In this document: one piece after another, positions 24,456 through 38,390 of the stretch
How positions within the stretch are numbered: position 1 is the first letter of the stretch
Layout of the letters: each line of letters starts with the position of its first letter
Origin: Macrostomum hystrix
Lineage: Eukaryota; Animalia; Platyhelminthes
Assembly: GCA_950097015.1 (NCBI GenBank)
Contig: CATNEN010000038.1
Location: forward strand, 23,746,001-23,810,000
DNA: 64,000 nt
Reading direction: 5' to 3'
Notes under the pieces: generated by a model
Seen by the model: only the letters and a program-made list of their open reading frames with translations
Database searches by the model: none
Told to the model about the DNA's origin: nothing
Translations under genes and position numbers: made by a program

Positions 24456-27400
24456 GATACTGTGCGTTGCAACCTTCAGTTCAAACAAAAATAAAATACG
24501 AGCTTAGTAGGCGTGGGTCCTTGAGGAGAATTTCCGTATTTGTTCGAACAGCGCAGCTATTCAAGGGCGCGTTCTTACCTCAGCGCAGACATTTTAAGTA
24601 GTGCTAAAACTTAATAAGCATGAAAGCTTACCTACATAAAAGCTGCCAGTCTTAAGTGGACCCTTTCATTCTATGGTCGAAGTCATTGACCTGAGACAAA
24701 GTCTCAAAGCTTTCAGCAAATTTTTTGTACCACGTCAGAGCAGCTTAAAACAATAGAGTAAAATTAGCAAACAAATCTACCTCATGCCTGATTCAAGGAC
24801 CACTAGAAGAAGGACGGGACACTTCATTTCTTGGAAAATTTATTAACAGTACGTATAGGACTACCAAGCCATTTTGCCGCATGATTTTATACCAAGGGGG
24901 AATTCCCCCTTGTATAATTTCTTTTGAAAGCGCCTGAATGCTAACAGCGTTGGGTGGTGACTGATTGGTTGACAGACTAGGCTATGATCTACTGTGGTCA
25001 AGCTGCGTCTAATATTTAGCATTGAGCTGTGAAATCGGAGAAATTCGCGTCGAGGGTGTCCCAGTGGCCTATTTCCATGGTAGCCCTTGAAGGTCCAGCA
25101 AATCCGTCCCGATAAAGGTAGGTGACCAAAGAAGACGGAGATGATGCAGCTGAACATTCGCGGGTGAAATGCTGATAAATTTTTATTTTGACTTTTAAGG
25201 CCTGGTAAGTTTCGTGTATTCGTGTATAGGGAGGGTGTATCAAATACACTAGCACTTATGGGAAAAATTGAATATATTGAATATCTCGATGGTCGGATAG
25301 CTGGCGACTTAATTACTGTTTCAGAAGATGCACAACAAAAAGTTGCAGTCCCGTGTTCTTGAGTTTCGTGTGCTTGCGTTGCTCCGTTCGGGTGCAGCAC
25401 AATAAATTGTCAGGGGGTATTTCTCTGAGCTCGTAAGGTCTCAGAGACCGCTGATTGGTCGAGTGCCACTTGTTCATACATAAAATCATAGGTGAATCGA
25501 ATCCATTTCTGAAAACGCAGCAGATGCAAATAATGCTAAATCTTCGACACCAACTCGTGCAGCAGAATCCAAGCGAATACTATATAGTACGACGGCTCTG
25601 TCTCTGCGAGTGCAGGTTCTCAACTCGATCAGCGCCAAGCTGTCCGTGTAGTAGAACCCAGCGATTTCCTACTAGCCGAGCAGGACAAAGTTAATGGGCC
25701 AGCAAGCAGTGACATTGTATAGGCCTCGAAAAGATTAATTCTTTAGAAGTTAAATTTACACAAATAACAATTTGTTGTAATCCAAAGAATATTTTCCGAA
25801 TAAATTTGTTCAAGTTGTAAAAATAAATTCTTAATAAAATTTCTTTAAATAAGCACAATCCAATTGCAAAATATAATTTTTGTAGTAATTTTTTTTATTC
25901 GCAAATAAATAATTTAAGCAGAAGGTTTTTAGAGAGAAAAATAACCGTGTGCCTTCGGGACAACCTTCTTTACAAACATGTGAACAAATATAACAAGGAT
26001 TTTAAGAGTTAGTTCTTATTAGAATCTATACCTTCAGAAACATTATAGTGTTCAGAGAAGGAGAAAGATTAATCTAAACAAAAGAGTTCAGAGGATATAT
26101 AAACAGTTGATCTGAATAGGATATTCAGAGGATAACCAGAGTAATTCCCGAGGAAGAGCTTTCGGAGAGTAATTACCCGAATTTCGGAGTCCATTCATAA
26201 GTGTATATATAAGGGCCTATTGCTGTGACCCTCTAATCCACAGAACATTCCTGATCTGATATAGCAGTCCCTTCTGCTTGGTGGCAGCGCTACTTGTATA
26301 AGTAATAAGTGACCAAAGAATTTGTATTACTGAGAGTAGAGACAGTAATAGTGAGAGTATAACATTACAGCATAGAATATTAAAGAAAGAGCCCTGTAGC
26401 AACATAACCGAATCTTTGCAAATTCGAGCACAATTTTTAACGCTAAGATTTTATCTAAAACTCGAGTTGCAGTTACTTGCAATTAATAATAAGCATACGG
26501 CTGCCTGAGTTGGGAGGACCTGATGTCTGAAATGGGATTTCTACCCAACCTAAATGCCTGGAATCGGTCTTATCCCCAGTCTCAGTCTGATGTCTGGGAT
26601 TGGGTTTAATCTTCAATCTGATAATCTCGTTTGCATTTTTCGATCCCAAATCTGATTTGGATAAATACAGTGGCTAAATATAATTATAGTTATTAATACT
26701 TGCGCGAAAACTTTTCAAGTGTGTAAACACATGTTATAAAAGCATAAAATTGCGATAAAAAACATGTGTCAGAATCTGGCAGTTTTAGCACAACTTTTGT
26801 TTTACATTAACTTTTTTGAAAATTGTTTTGGGCCGCTCGCCGTTAACAGAGAGCGCTCAATTATCGTTCGTTGGATTGGATTAAACCAATCCTTCTGTTC
26901 GCAGCCGATTGCCCAATCGCCCCGACGACAAGCTTTTAGACCTTTGATGACATAAAATAAACTAAATTACAATTATTTCAGAGAAAATTCTTTGCTTCTT
27001 TAAAAAACTTTGATTGTTAGCTACCTATATCGATCGACCAGAGCTATCTAGTCATAGTAGCTTGTCAAATTGCCGACACAACAATCCTACATAATTTTCT
27101 CCCTTTTCTGCTATCTAGCTAAGTGATATTTAACACAAAGAACATAAACATGTACATATGTATAAAAAACGTTTAGCTAGTTTTCTATCATGCCAAAAAG
27201 TTTTTACCTAGCTATACACCTCTATATACAAGGTAGCTCCAAAATAGGGCCTGATCTTGTCACTCACTTCTGGTGGACAATGTAAAGTTTATGTATGTAC
27301 AACAATAAATAATATGCTAGAAAAGGGACCAAGTTTTGATTAATTAAAAAAGGTAGGCCTTAATTTCATGTACAATACAAGTAGTGGCATAATTTTACTT

Positions 27401-29116
27401 TTCTGTATTAAGACATTACATTTTTTGTTCTTATTCCAATGGCCAATGGGTAGGGCCTAAAAATTCCACATTGTAGATCTTGCGAGTGCCATATTTTTTA
27501 ACTTTATTGCAACAAACAACATCGCTAGACATGTATGCAATTAAGACTACTGTCAGGCTTTTTATACTAGCTTACATTGCTTATAAGCAAATTACAATAG
27601 TTAAGGCAAGATGTGCAACATGAACATGTTAGTTGTCAGTTTTCTCATTTTTTTCTGCCATTATCCAAATCTTCTTTCCATGACAAATGATCAGTTTACC
27701 ACTAAGATAATTGTAGACTAGTATGCCTATAGCTAGGCCTAACTTATGTTTTTTTATTGTCATTTTATTTAGAAAACAAACATTACTTTTGATAGGGGCC
27801 TATTGTATTAGGCCTACTAATTACTTTCAATAGCTAAATTTGTTATATTTACTAAATTAGTTTATGTAGGCCTACGGCTAAAAAAACTGTGGAAAAAAAG
27901 TGATCTTATTGGGTTTCTATTGTTTACTTCCATTTTTGCCTACATGTAAACATTCACTTATGTTTTTCTTTACAGATATCCATTCTTCAGATGTCCTCTA
28001 CCTACAATCAAGCATACTAAAATGCTTGTTTGCAATGAACTAACTCCAAAACAGCTTTAGCTATCTACAAATCCTAAAGTTCCGCCTACAAGTTAACTTT
28101 CTAATTATGTTAAGTGTAGATTAATAGCTAAAAAATTAGTTAAAAATGGTTTTCATTTAATTTAAAACTTAACAATAGTACTTTAAAATAATAAAACGAC
28201 TTTTGTTAAGTGGAAAGCAGAGTGATATGCTTATTTTCTTTTTTTATTTCATTGCTTGTGACTCACATTTATGAGCTATATCTTTTTACAAAATGTCCAA
28301 TTTGCTTTGCATTTTTTCATTGTTTATCTGTTTCATTGCATTTTTTTTAAATACAGTGTCACATTTATTTAATTTCTAACAGCAATACTTTTTTAACTAC
28401 CTGAATAAATTGGTATTACTTACTTTAAAGCATTGTGTTGTTTTTTTCTCCTGCAATATTTCGCCAGACAGAACAAATTACCACATTGTCTGTTATGGTA
28501 GTAAGTGCAGGAAAAGTATTTCTACTCTGCATCTAGAATAGCAACAAAGTTGCTAATTGTCTTGTGACTTTCTTTTAATGCATAGACACTACATAGCTAG
28601 ATTGCAGAGACATCATCAACCTGCTGCTGCTACCAAACCTGTAGTTGAACAAAATATAAAACTATTTTCACTAATTTAGTAACTTAGAATTGAAATTTTT
28701 ACTATTTTCACATCTTCCTACTCATTTTGAGTAGCGTGAATAGAACATGTACATAAGATAGTGTTTCACAACGCGATTTAGTGTTTTACATTACTTATCA
28801 TGGCTAACAGTATAGACAAAATTATTAGCTGTGTACGTAGCTTATCGTCTTACAAAATTTATAAATTTTAGAACTGCTAGAAGCTTTAGAAAGATTTTCA
28901 AACTTACGCTAGAGATAGAAGGCCTATATGTATCGAAAAATTGCATTGCAGTCAGATTTTTACTAAAAAATTACTGGTCCGGTTAATAAATTTGCGAATA
29001 ACGTATCACAAACGAACTGTGTTATGCAAGCTACGCAATTGTGCTGTAACTGCAGCACTTTTAGAGTGCGACGTAATGCATAATTTTGAACAGAGGTCTG
29101 TAACCTACAAAAAATT

Positions 29117-29198
29117 CGTCGCAAGCAGGATTCGAACCTGCGCGGGGAAACCCCATTGGATTTCGAGTCCAACGCCTTAACCACTCGGCCATCGCGAC
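29117..29198 (-). tRNA. tRNA-Ser (anticodon CGA)
   Basis: 82-nt cloverleaf: acceptor GTCGCGA/TTGCGAC, anticodon arm TTGGA-CTCGAAA-TCCAA, long variable arm, GGTTCGAATCC, discriminator G, followed by an oligo-T Pol III terminator. Confidence 0.97.
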
Positions 29199-29550
29199 TT
29201 ACCTATTGTGGACGTTTTATGTGGTTTTAATACAGATCAATGATCAAACTTTGGCTATGGTCGCTCAGGGCAGGCAAGCTTACTTATAAGGCAAGGCAGT
29301 CTCGCCCTAAAAAGTTATAGATTCTCTTTTGAGCTAAAAGCCTAAAACAGTTGGATTCAGTATAGTTTTAGACATGAGCCTATAGTTGGATTCGCCAAAA
29401 TAGTCGCGGGACACGGTTTATGCTCGATTTCTGATAAAGAATTGGTTTGATAAGATCTGGGTTTATTTGTTCCGCATATTTTCTGGCAAAGCTCCAAGTC
29501 AACAAAGAAACATAATTACAATTGTTAGTAACAATTAATGTTATGTTAAC

Positions 29551-32113
29551 TCACTTGCATCGCTTTTCAATAATGAAAATCTCTTTAACATTCTTGGCAA
29601 TGTTGGCCGTATTGCACTTCGGACAGCAGCGTGACAGCTCCGATTCCCAGCGCGACCAGCAGTGCCGATGAAAGACGTGGCCACACGTTGCTCGCATTGT
29701 CGAACAGACTACGGCGTTGTAGCTGCGAGTCGCCTCTTGATTTGGGGGCGCGTGCAAAGCGCAGAAGCACATCAGACAGCTGTGCGTCAGTGGCAGGTCG
29801 CACAGGTAGCAGTCGCGACTCCAGTCAGCGCGAAACACTTGTCGGAGACACCTGCGGGTCGGAGACACACGTGCATATCTATTATAGCCGACTTCTCACC
29901 TTTTGGACAAAGGTGGTGTCACTAATTAGCCGACTTCTCACCTTTTAGACAAAGGTGGTGTCACTAATTAGCCGCCTTCTCACCTTTTAGACAATTTCGT
30001 GTCACTAATTAGCCAACTTCTCACCTTTTAGACAATTTCGTGTCACTAATTAGCCGCCTTCTCACCTTTTAGACAATTTCGTGTCGCTAATTAGCCGACT
30101 TCTCACCTTTTAGACAATTTCGTGTCGCTAATTAGCCGACTTCTCACCTTTTAGACAATTTCGTGTCGCTAATTAGCCGACTTCTCACCTTTTAGACAAT
30201 TTCGTGTCACTAATTAGCCGCCTTCTCACCTTTTAGACAATTTCGTGTCGCTAATTAGCCGACTTCTCACCTTTTAGACAAAGGTGGTGTCACTAATTAG
30301 CCGACTTCTCACCTTTTAGAGGAGGAATGCCACTAATTTGCCGACTTCTCATATAATTTATACATTTTAGTGTCACAATTGGCCGACTTATCCCCTGTTG
30401 GACAATTTGGTGTCACTTATTAGCTGACTTCTCATGTTTTATATCACTAATTAGCCTAACATGCTCACATTCAGACACACAATAAGATGTGTAATAGCTA
30501 GGCTGTTTATAATGTACCGTATACTGTATACTTACCAGCGGCAGAGCGCGCCTAACATCGCTGCTCTTGATATTTCTTGAGATCGAGCCAAATCTTTACA
30601 ATCCAAGGCCAGATGGCTGATGTCTGCGCTGTTGGAGCTGCCAACAATTCGTTTCTTTGTCGGCGAAATTGTTAGCGAAGTTTTCGAAACCATGCTCTGA
30701 TGCAGCTGTTGGCCAATGAAGCCTAGACGGTCGGCTAAGATATCGCTATCCCTAATCATGTACTCATCCTCCGTGCATGTACTGGGCAGATTCACAATCG
30801 GTATTGGCTTATCAACAGAACTCGAGTTTAATTGGGCACTGGAGGCACGCTTTTTCATTTTTTCCACTGAAATTTTGTAGAGAGGCCGATATATGTGTAC
30901 TATACATATTATGTACATTTAGGCCAGTCCGTGGACTGGGGCGGGGAATGAGAGCCACAGAAAGCCTAAAGTTCTCCAGCTAATATGCTTCGCTTGATTA
31001 CAGCGTAAAGACCCACTTTCTCTTTCTTTTCATATCTCACAAACTATTCAACCTGAAATCGACCTGGAAATCCAGCTAACAGGGCCTAAACATTTGTTCG
31101 TTCTATCCGATTAAACTGCAAGTTCCGGAATCACAACACACCGGCATGTTTGAGATATTCGAAGATTCTCATCGGGGTGTCTGGTGGCATCTCATCTCAA
31201 AATCTCAGCGATGCTGACTCGGACGGCTTTGAAAGTAAGTTGATCGTAATTAAGGGCGGAAAATGTTTATCCAAATATCTATCCAAGCTTTCGTGAATAG
31301 GGTGGTCTACTGTTAACTTTAAAAAGTTTCTTTTCGATTCTCTGTTGACTCAAAAGTGTGTTTTTTAATCAAAACTGCTTTGATTGTACTGCCCGTTAGT
31401 GTCTGCTGGCTGTACTGCATTAGGATGAATATGGGATTAATTGAAACGTACTAGAAAAATTCCGTTCACTCACCTGTGCTATCCAATATCGCCAATCCCT
31501 TAGAGCCAGCTTTAACACTGCCACTCGACGCAACACTTTGTTCGTCAGACTCATCAATTCCAAAATTTAGAGCGTCCTCGACGGAGAAAATGTCGTCCAG
31601 CAATCGGGAAGGTTCTTTGGTTGGAATGGCCTGCTGGCTGACAGATTCGTCATCGCTTGCGTTGCTGCAGTTCGTTTGCCCGGCTGCCACCAGGGTGGAA
31701 TTCGAGTTCAAACATCCGCCCAAGCTTTTGGCCTTTGCTGCGAAACGTTCTCGCAGTAGTTGCTCAACAGCAGCTGCTGTTGAATCTGTCTTCGTCGGTG
31801 AACCATTTGAAACAGCGACTGGCGATGGTGCTTGTACTTCAGCATTTTCCTCTGCTCCGGCAGCTTCCGGTACTTCAGCAGCTTCTGGCACTTCAGCAGC
31901 TTCCGGCACTTCAGCAGCTTCCGGCACTTCAGCAGCTTCCGGCACTTCAGCAGCTTCAATTAGTTCGAATCTCGTGCCTGAGCTATCAAAATCCGTCGCA
32001 TCAGTTTTTCTGTTTTGTTCGGCAACTTCCGCCGCTTCTAGTATGCCCTGCAGCCATGGGCTGGATCTAGATTCGCTTGAAAATCGGGGTTGTGATTGGT
32101 GTTGCAAAAACAT
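29551..32113 (-). CDS. RBX/APC11-type RING-H2 protein with long acidic N-terminal extension; exons 32113-31474, 30866-30536, 29851-29551 (at least 423 aa)
   Basis: C-x2-C-x7-C-x2-C...C-x6-C-x-H-x2-H-x-H-C-x2-RW...CPKC. GT-AG introns with matching phases (1,2). AAEVPE x5 repeat in the first exon. Further 5' exons are possible near 32270-32528. Confidence 0.72.
29885..30440. repeat. 41-bp minisatellite (ACTAATTAGCCGACTTCTCACCTTTTAGACAATTTCGTGTC)n in the RING gene intron
   Basis: About 10 good units plus a degenerate tail. Confidence 0.95.
31058..31188. repeat. Unclassified dispersed repeat; inverted homolog at 43854-43975
   Basis: The reverse complement GCCACCAGACACCCCGATGAGAATCTTCGAATATCTC...GTGATTCCGGAAC aligns with GCCACCAGACACCCCGACGAGAATGGTTGAATATCTC...GTGATTCTGGAAG. 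Confidence 0.75.
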
Positions 32114-32135
32114 TGCTCAAAGCTTAAGTCCCAGA

Positions 32136-32270
32136 GGGAGGTTGTAGCCTTGTGGTTAGAGCGTCGGACTCACGACTTGAAGGTCGAGGGTTCGATTCCT
32201 GACTCCACTGAAACTATTTGTGTCCTTTAGCTTACTCACTTACTTAACTCTGCATTGTTTCAGTTCACCT
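32136..32270 (+). mobile_element. tRNA-derived SINE family A, 5' part
   Basis: A box (TAGCCTTGTGGTTAGAGC), B box (GGTTCGATTCC), then CTTAACTCTGCATTGTTTCAGTTCACC shared with the 15580 copy. Confidence 0.75.
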
Positions 32271-33171
32271 GCGCCGTGCGGCTGTGCTGTCGGCTGCACA
32301 TCTGGCCCAATTGGGGCAGGTGTATCAGTCATTATTATCAAAGTCCTATATTCGAAATTGAATAATCACCTGTCCATGTCAGCAACAACACCATCCCAGA
32401 ATTGTGTCATCTGGTCAGTTGCTGTCAAAGATGCTTCACTGCTAGCCAAGCCGAAATGACAGAGCCCTGCTGATGAGGCGGTTCCATTCAGCAGCTTTGA
32501 CAGAAGCTGTGTTCGCTCCGCATCCATGAAGATATAATTATGATTTCTACGAGTTAATTCTTACTTTTAATCTACACGTTTCGTCGCTAATTGAAAGATT
32601 AGATGTGAAGTTAGCTTATCCTTCCGATCTTTCTAGACCTCAATTTCAACCATAGACATTAATTTTGGCGTTCCTGGCATACGCGCTCGTGCTCTAATAA
32701 TACTATACGAGCTACTTTAACTTGTTTTCAAGTAGAATAGTTTGCGTTTTTAGATACTTTGCCAATTTCAGTTCCTGATAAAAACAGCATCTAAAAATAC
32801 ATGCAGCAAAATTACATAGTTTACTAGACGAAATTATTAAAATAATTCGGCCAAGAAAAACAGAACAAACTAGCTAAGCGAACGGAGCGAGTGAAAATTT
32901 CTTGAAGCACGATCGAGGAGGATCTTCGTCGCAAATTGCTTCATCATTTCCTCCTTACTTCAGCTTCCAAGCCAACGACTCAGCTCAGAATCTGAGATCT
33001 GGTAATTTCTGGTTCAAGGAATCCGGCCAAGATTAGGTCGGCAACTCAGCTGTGACCTCTGCTTTTAGAGACTAGAAGAGTCTTGAGAAAGATTTCATGT
33101 GATGCCACGCGAAAGCTGAAAAAATTATTTTATGCAAAACCCTCAGTGACCAGACGACCACATTCTTGCTG

Positions 33172-33795
33172 ATTGAATGTGACCCACAATCCACTTAGAG
33201 GACCAGAATGTGACCCACAATCCACTTGGAGGACCAGAATGTGTCCCACAATCCACTTTGAAGACCAGAATGTGACCCACAATCCACTTGGAGGACCAGA
33301 CTGTGTCCCACAATCCACTTGGAGGACAAGACTGTGACCCACAATCCACTTAGAGGACCAGAATGTGACCCACAATCCACTTAGAGGACCAGACTGTGAC
33401 CCACAATCCACTTAGAGGACCGGAATGTGACCCACAATCCACTTGCAGGACCAGACTGTGTCCCACAATCCACTTGCAGGACCAGACTGTGTCCCAAAAT
33501 CCACTTAGAGGACCAGACTGTGTCCCACAATCCACTTTGAAGACCAGAATGTGACCCACAATCCACTTAGAGGACCAGACTGTGACCCACAATCCACTTT
33601 GAAGACCAGAATGTGACCCACAATCCACTTAGAGGACCAGAATGTGACCCACAATCCACTTAGAGGACCAGACTGTGACCCACAATCCACTTGGAGGACC
33701 AGAATGTGACCCACAATCCACTTAGAGGACCAGACTGTGTCCCACAATCCACTTGGAGGACCAGACTGTGACCCACAATAAATTGTGACCCACAT
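33172..33795. repeat. 31-bp minisatellite (CACAATCCACTTAGAGGACCAGAATGTGACC)n
   Basis: About 20 tandem units with no unique spacers. Confidence 0.96.
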
Positions 33796-34456
33796 TTTAA
33801 ATTACGCTTCATAAAGCATTTAAGATCCCAGTTTTTTAAACAATTTTACAATTTTTTTCACTTTTTAATCAAACGCGTTTTCCTTCTGTACTACCTATGG
33901 CCTATAGGCCCATGAAGAGCTTCTCAATGATAATTTTTCTAATACCTTTTTCGAGTTTGTTACAATTCACAAAATTTGGTACCCCAGATCATATCAGGCA
34001 AAATCGGTTTAAATTAATGCTGTGTGTTTACAGACACACGCGTAACTACGCAGTTTATTTACACAGTTAAGAAACAGATGACGAGTTGGCACCCCCTAGG
34101 ACGCTGCATTTAACATCTTCCTGCATTGAATCGACAATATATTTACTATACACCAATACACTATGTAAAGTTGTATACAATATGGTAAAAAATATTTCTT
34201 TGCTGTCATCGAAATTTCGCTGAATGCCTTTTGGCACTCGCAATAGTACAAGGAAACTAATAGAATTAGAATAAGACATGTCTATCAGCTTCATCAAATA
34301 GATCGGATAGTTGTGTATAGCAACGAGTTTTCTGCGAATTGGTCGAATCACATTCAGCTGTTTATACTTTAGATAAATAAAGCAATTAGGTTTAACAAAT
34401 ACAGGATAAAGGCAGGACAGGAAAAATGATAAATAGGCAGCCAGAAAGACACCATA

Positions 34457-35145
34457 AGATTCTAGGAGAGATTCTAGGTGAGATTCTAGGTGAGATTCTA
34501 GGTGCGATTCTAGGTGAGATTCTAGGTGAGATTCTAGGTGAGATTCTAGGAGAGATTCTAGGTGAGATTCTAGGTGAGATTCTAGGAGAGATTCTAGGTG
34601 AGATTCTAGGTGAGATTATAGGTGAGAGACTATGAGATTGTAGGTGAGAGACTATGAGATTGTAGGTGAGAGACTATGAGATTCTAGGTGAGAGACTTGA
34701 TGAGAGACTATGAGATTCTAGGCGAGAGACTATGAGATTCTAGGTGAGATTCTAGGTGAGAGACTATGAGATTGTAGGTGAGAGACTATGAGATTGTAGG
34801 TGAGAGACTATGAGATTGCAGGTGAGAGACTATGAGATTGTAGGTGAGAGACTATGAGATTGTAGGTGAGAGACTATGAGATTCTAGGTGAGAGACTTGA
34901 TGAGAGACTATGAGATTCTATGCGAGAGACTATGAGATTCTAGGTGAGATTCTAGGTGAGATTCTAGTTGAGAGACTATGAGATTCTAGGTGAGAGACTA
35001 TGAGATTGTAGGTGAGAGACTATGAGATTCTAGGTGAGATTCTAGGTGAGATTCTAGTTGAGAGACTATGAGATTCTAGGTGAGAGACTATGAGATTGTA
35101 GGTGAGAGACTATGAGATTGTAGGTGAGAGACTATGAGATTGTAG
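34457..35145. repeat. 12-bp (GAGATTCTAGGT)n array grading into a 22-bp (GAGAGACTATGAGATTGTAGGT)n array
   Basis: Direct tandem repeat. Confidence 0.95.
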
Positions 35146-35764
35146 TTGTGGATACATTTTCAAGAATGAATAATTATTTAAGTTAATAGAAAAGTATGAA
35201 TTCACCTGTAGGAATTTTTATCCTACCTGTGCTGGAATCCCCAACCCTGGGAAGCGTCCAACACTTTCCTCCTCTTTCACTCTCCCATTTTCTGTTTGTA
35301 CGAGTTCCTCCCCCCCCCTTAATTTGCGGCATCCCCACTTCGTTAGCAATTAGAGAGCAACGTTTTGACCCAAAAAATATTTTTCTTTTTTCGTTTGGGA
35401 ACAAAGCGTTGGTGTTCGGCTGATTCCACTCTGGGGAGAAAAACAACACAACATGATGTATGGATGACAACATACCCCAAAGGTGCAAGTGTACTGTACA
35501 ATTCCGCTGACTGATAATTAGCAGCTTCTGGTACTACAAACGCCGGGTGGTGCTGTGACGTGGCAGAAAAGACTGGCTAATCTTTCATCAGCCAGTGGCA
35601 ACAAAATAACGATTATTGTTTCCTTCTAAAGTTATTCTTTTCTTTGGTTCGTTAATTCTGGTAAAAGATGATGAAACAAAGATGGATAAAAATTCATCCG
35701 ACGAATTTTCCATGAACTACCAGCGCATGCGCGAGCTGTGAGAAAGCTATAGGTCGATTGCTAA

Positions 35765-38390
35765 GATAGAGACGAGACAGAAGAGAGTGAAAGAGGTTGA
35801 GACACGGGGAGAGATGAGACACCGGGAGAGATGAGACACGGGGAGAGATGAGACACGGGAGAGATGAGACACGGGAGAGATGAGACACGGAAGAGATGAA
35901 ACAGGGGAGAGCTAAGACACAGGGAGAGATGAGACACGGAAGAGATGAGACACGGAAGAGATGAGACACGGGAGAGATGAGACACGGAAGAGATGAGACA
36001 CGGGAGAGATGAGACACGGAAGAGATGAGACAGGGGAGAGATGAGACACGGGGGAGATGAGACAGGGGAGAGATAAGACACGGAAGAGATGAGACTGGGG
36101 AGAGATTAGACACGGAAGAGATGAGACACCAGAGAGATGAGACACCAGAGAGATGAGACAGGGGAGAGATGAGACACGGGGAGAGATGAGACACCAGAGA
36201 GATGAGACACGGGAGAGATGAGACACGGAAGAGATGAAACAGGGGAGAGATGAGACACGGAAGAGATGAGACACGGGAGAGATGAGACACCAGAGAGATG
36301 AGACACGGGAGAGATGAGACACGGGGAGAGATGAGACACCAGAGAGATGAGACACGGGAGAGATGAGACACGGAAGAGATGAAACAGGGGAGAGATGAGA
36401 CACGGAAGAGATGAGACACGGGAGAGATGAGACACTGCGAGAGATGAGACACCAGAGAGATGAGACACGGGAGAGATGAGACACGGAAGAGATGAAACAG
36501 AGAGAGATGAGACGCAGGGAGAGATGAGACACAGGGAGAGATGAGACACGGGAGAGATGAGACACAGGGAGAGATTAGACACGGGAGAGATGAGACACAG
36601 GGAGAGATTAGACTCAGGGAGAGATGAGACACGGGGAGAGACAAGACACAGGGAGAGATGAGACACAGGGAGAGATGAGACTCAGGGAGAGATGAGACAC
36701 GGGAGAGATGAGACACAGGGAGAGATTAGACACGGGAGAGATGTGACACAGGGAGAGATTAGACTCAGGGAGAGATGAGACACGGGGAGAGATAAGACAC
36801 AGGGAGAGATGAGACACAGGGAGAGATGAGACTCAGGGAGAGATGAGACACGGGGAGAGATAAGACACAGGGAGAGATGAGACACGGGGAGAGATAAGAC
36901 ACAGGGAGAGATGAGACACGGGGAGAGATGAGACACAGGGAGAGATGAGACACGGGGAGAGATGAGACACGGGGAGAGATAAGACACAGGGAGAGATGAG
37001 ACACAGGGAGAGATGAGACTCAGGGAGAGATGAGACGCAGGGAGAGATGAGACACAGGGAGAGATGAGACACGGGAGAGATGAGACACAGGGAGAGATTA
37101 GACACGGGAGAGATGAGACACAGGGAGAGATTAGACACGGAAGAGATGAGACACAGGGAGAGATGAGACACGGCGAGAGATGAGACACGGGGAAGAGATG
37201 AGACACATGAGACACAGGGAGAGATGAGACACAGAGAGAGATGAGACACGGGAGAGATTAGACACGGAAGAGATGAGACACAGGGAGAGATGAGACAGGG
37301 GAGAGATGAGATAGGGGAGAGATGAGACAGGGGAGAGATGAGACAGGAGAGATGAGACACGGGAGAGATGAGACACGGGGAAGAGATGAGACACGGGGAG
37401 AGATGAGACACAGGGGAGAGATGAGACACGGGAGAGATGAGACACGGGAGAGATGAGACACTGCGAGAGATGAGACACCAGAGAGATGAGACACGGGAGA
37501 GATGAGACACGGAAGAGATGAAACAGAGAGAGATGAGACGCAGGGAGAGATGAGACACAGGGAGAGATGAGACACGGGAGAGATGAGACACAGGGAGAGA
37601 TTAGACACGGGAGAGATGAGACACAGGGAGAGATTAGACTCAGGGAGAGATGAGACACGGGGAGAGATAAGACACAGGGAGAGATGAGACACAGGGAGAG
37701 ATGAGACTCAGGGAGAGATGAGACACGGGGAGAGATAAGACACAGGGAGAGATGAGACACGGGGAGAGATAAGACACAGGGAGAGATGAGACACGGGGAG
37801 AGATGAGACACAGGGAGAGATGAGACACGGGGAGAGATGAGACACGGGGAGAGATAAGACACAGGGAGAGATGAGACACAGGGAGAGATGAGACTCAGGG
37901 AGAGATGAGACGCAGGGAGAGATGAGACACAGGGAGAGATGAGACACGGGAGAGATGAGACACAGGGAGAGATTAGACACGGGAGAGATGAGACACAGGG
38001 AGAGATTAGACACGGAAGAGATGAGACACAGGGAGAGATGAGACACGGCGAGAGATGAGACACGGGGAAGAGATGAGACACATGAGACACAGGGAGAGAT
38101 GAGACACAGAGAGAGATGAGACACGGGAGAGATTAGACACGGAAGAGATGAGACACAGGGAGAGATGAGACAGGGGAGAGATGAGATAGGGGAGAGATGA
38201 GACAGGGGAGAGATGAGACAGGAGAGATGAGACACGGGAGAGATGAGACACGGAAGAGATGAGACACGGGAGAGATGAGACACCAGAGAGATGAGACACG
38301 GGAGAGATGAGACACGGGAGAGATGAGACACTGCGAGAGATGAGACACGGGAGAGATGAGACACAGGGGAGAGATGAGACACGGGAGAGA
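35765..38390. repeat. 17-19 bp satellite (GAGAGATGAGACACGG/CAGG)n with an 875-bp higher-order duplication
   Basis: Tandem units. Identical ORF translations recur at an offset of 875 (36765/37640, 36833/37708, 37131/38006). Confidence 0.96.

Noticed and set aside
24861-25400. 179-aa minus-strand ORF
   Set aside because: Non-ATG start, no recognisable motif and no clear splice partners.
32136-32210. A second tRNA gene
   Set aside because: It has A and B boxes but no proper acceptor stem, and it continues into a SINE body shared with 15580-15760.
32346-32369. 24-nt GT-AG micro-intron upstream of the RING gene
   Set aside because: It restores a frame but is far shorter than the other introns here and has no independent support.
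29885-33795. CRISPR-like appearance of the 31- and 41-bp arrays
   Set aside because: Units abut with no unique spacers, there are no cas genes, and the context is eukaryotic.
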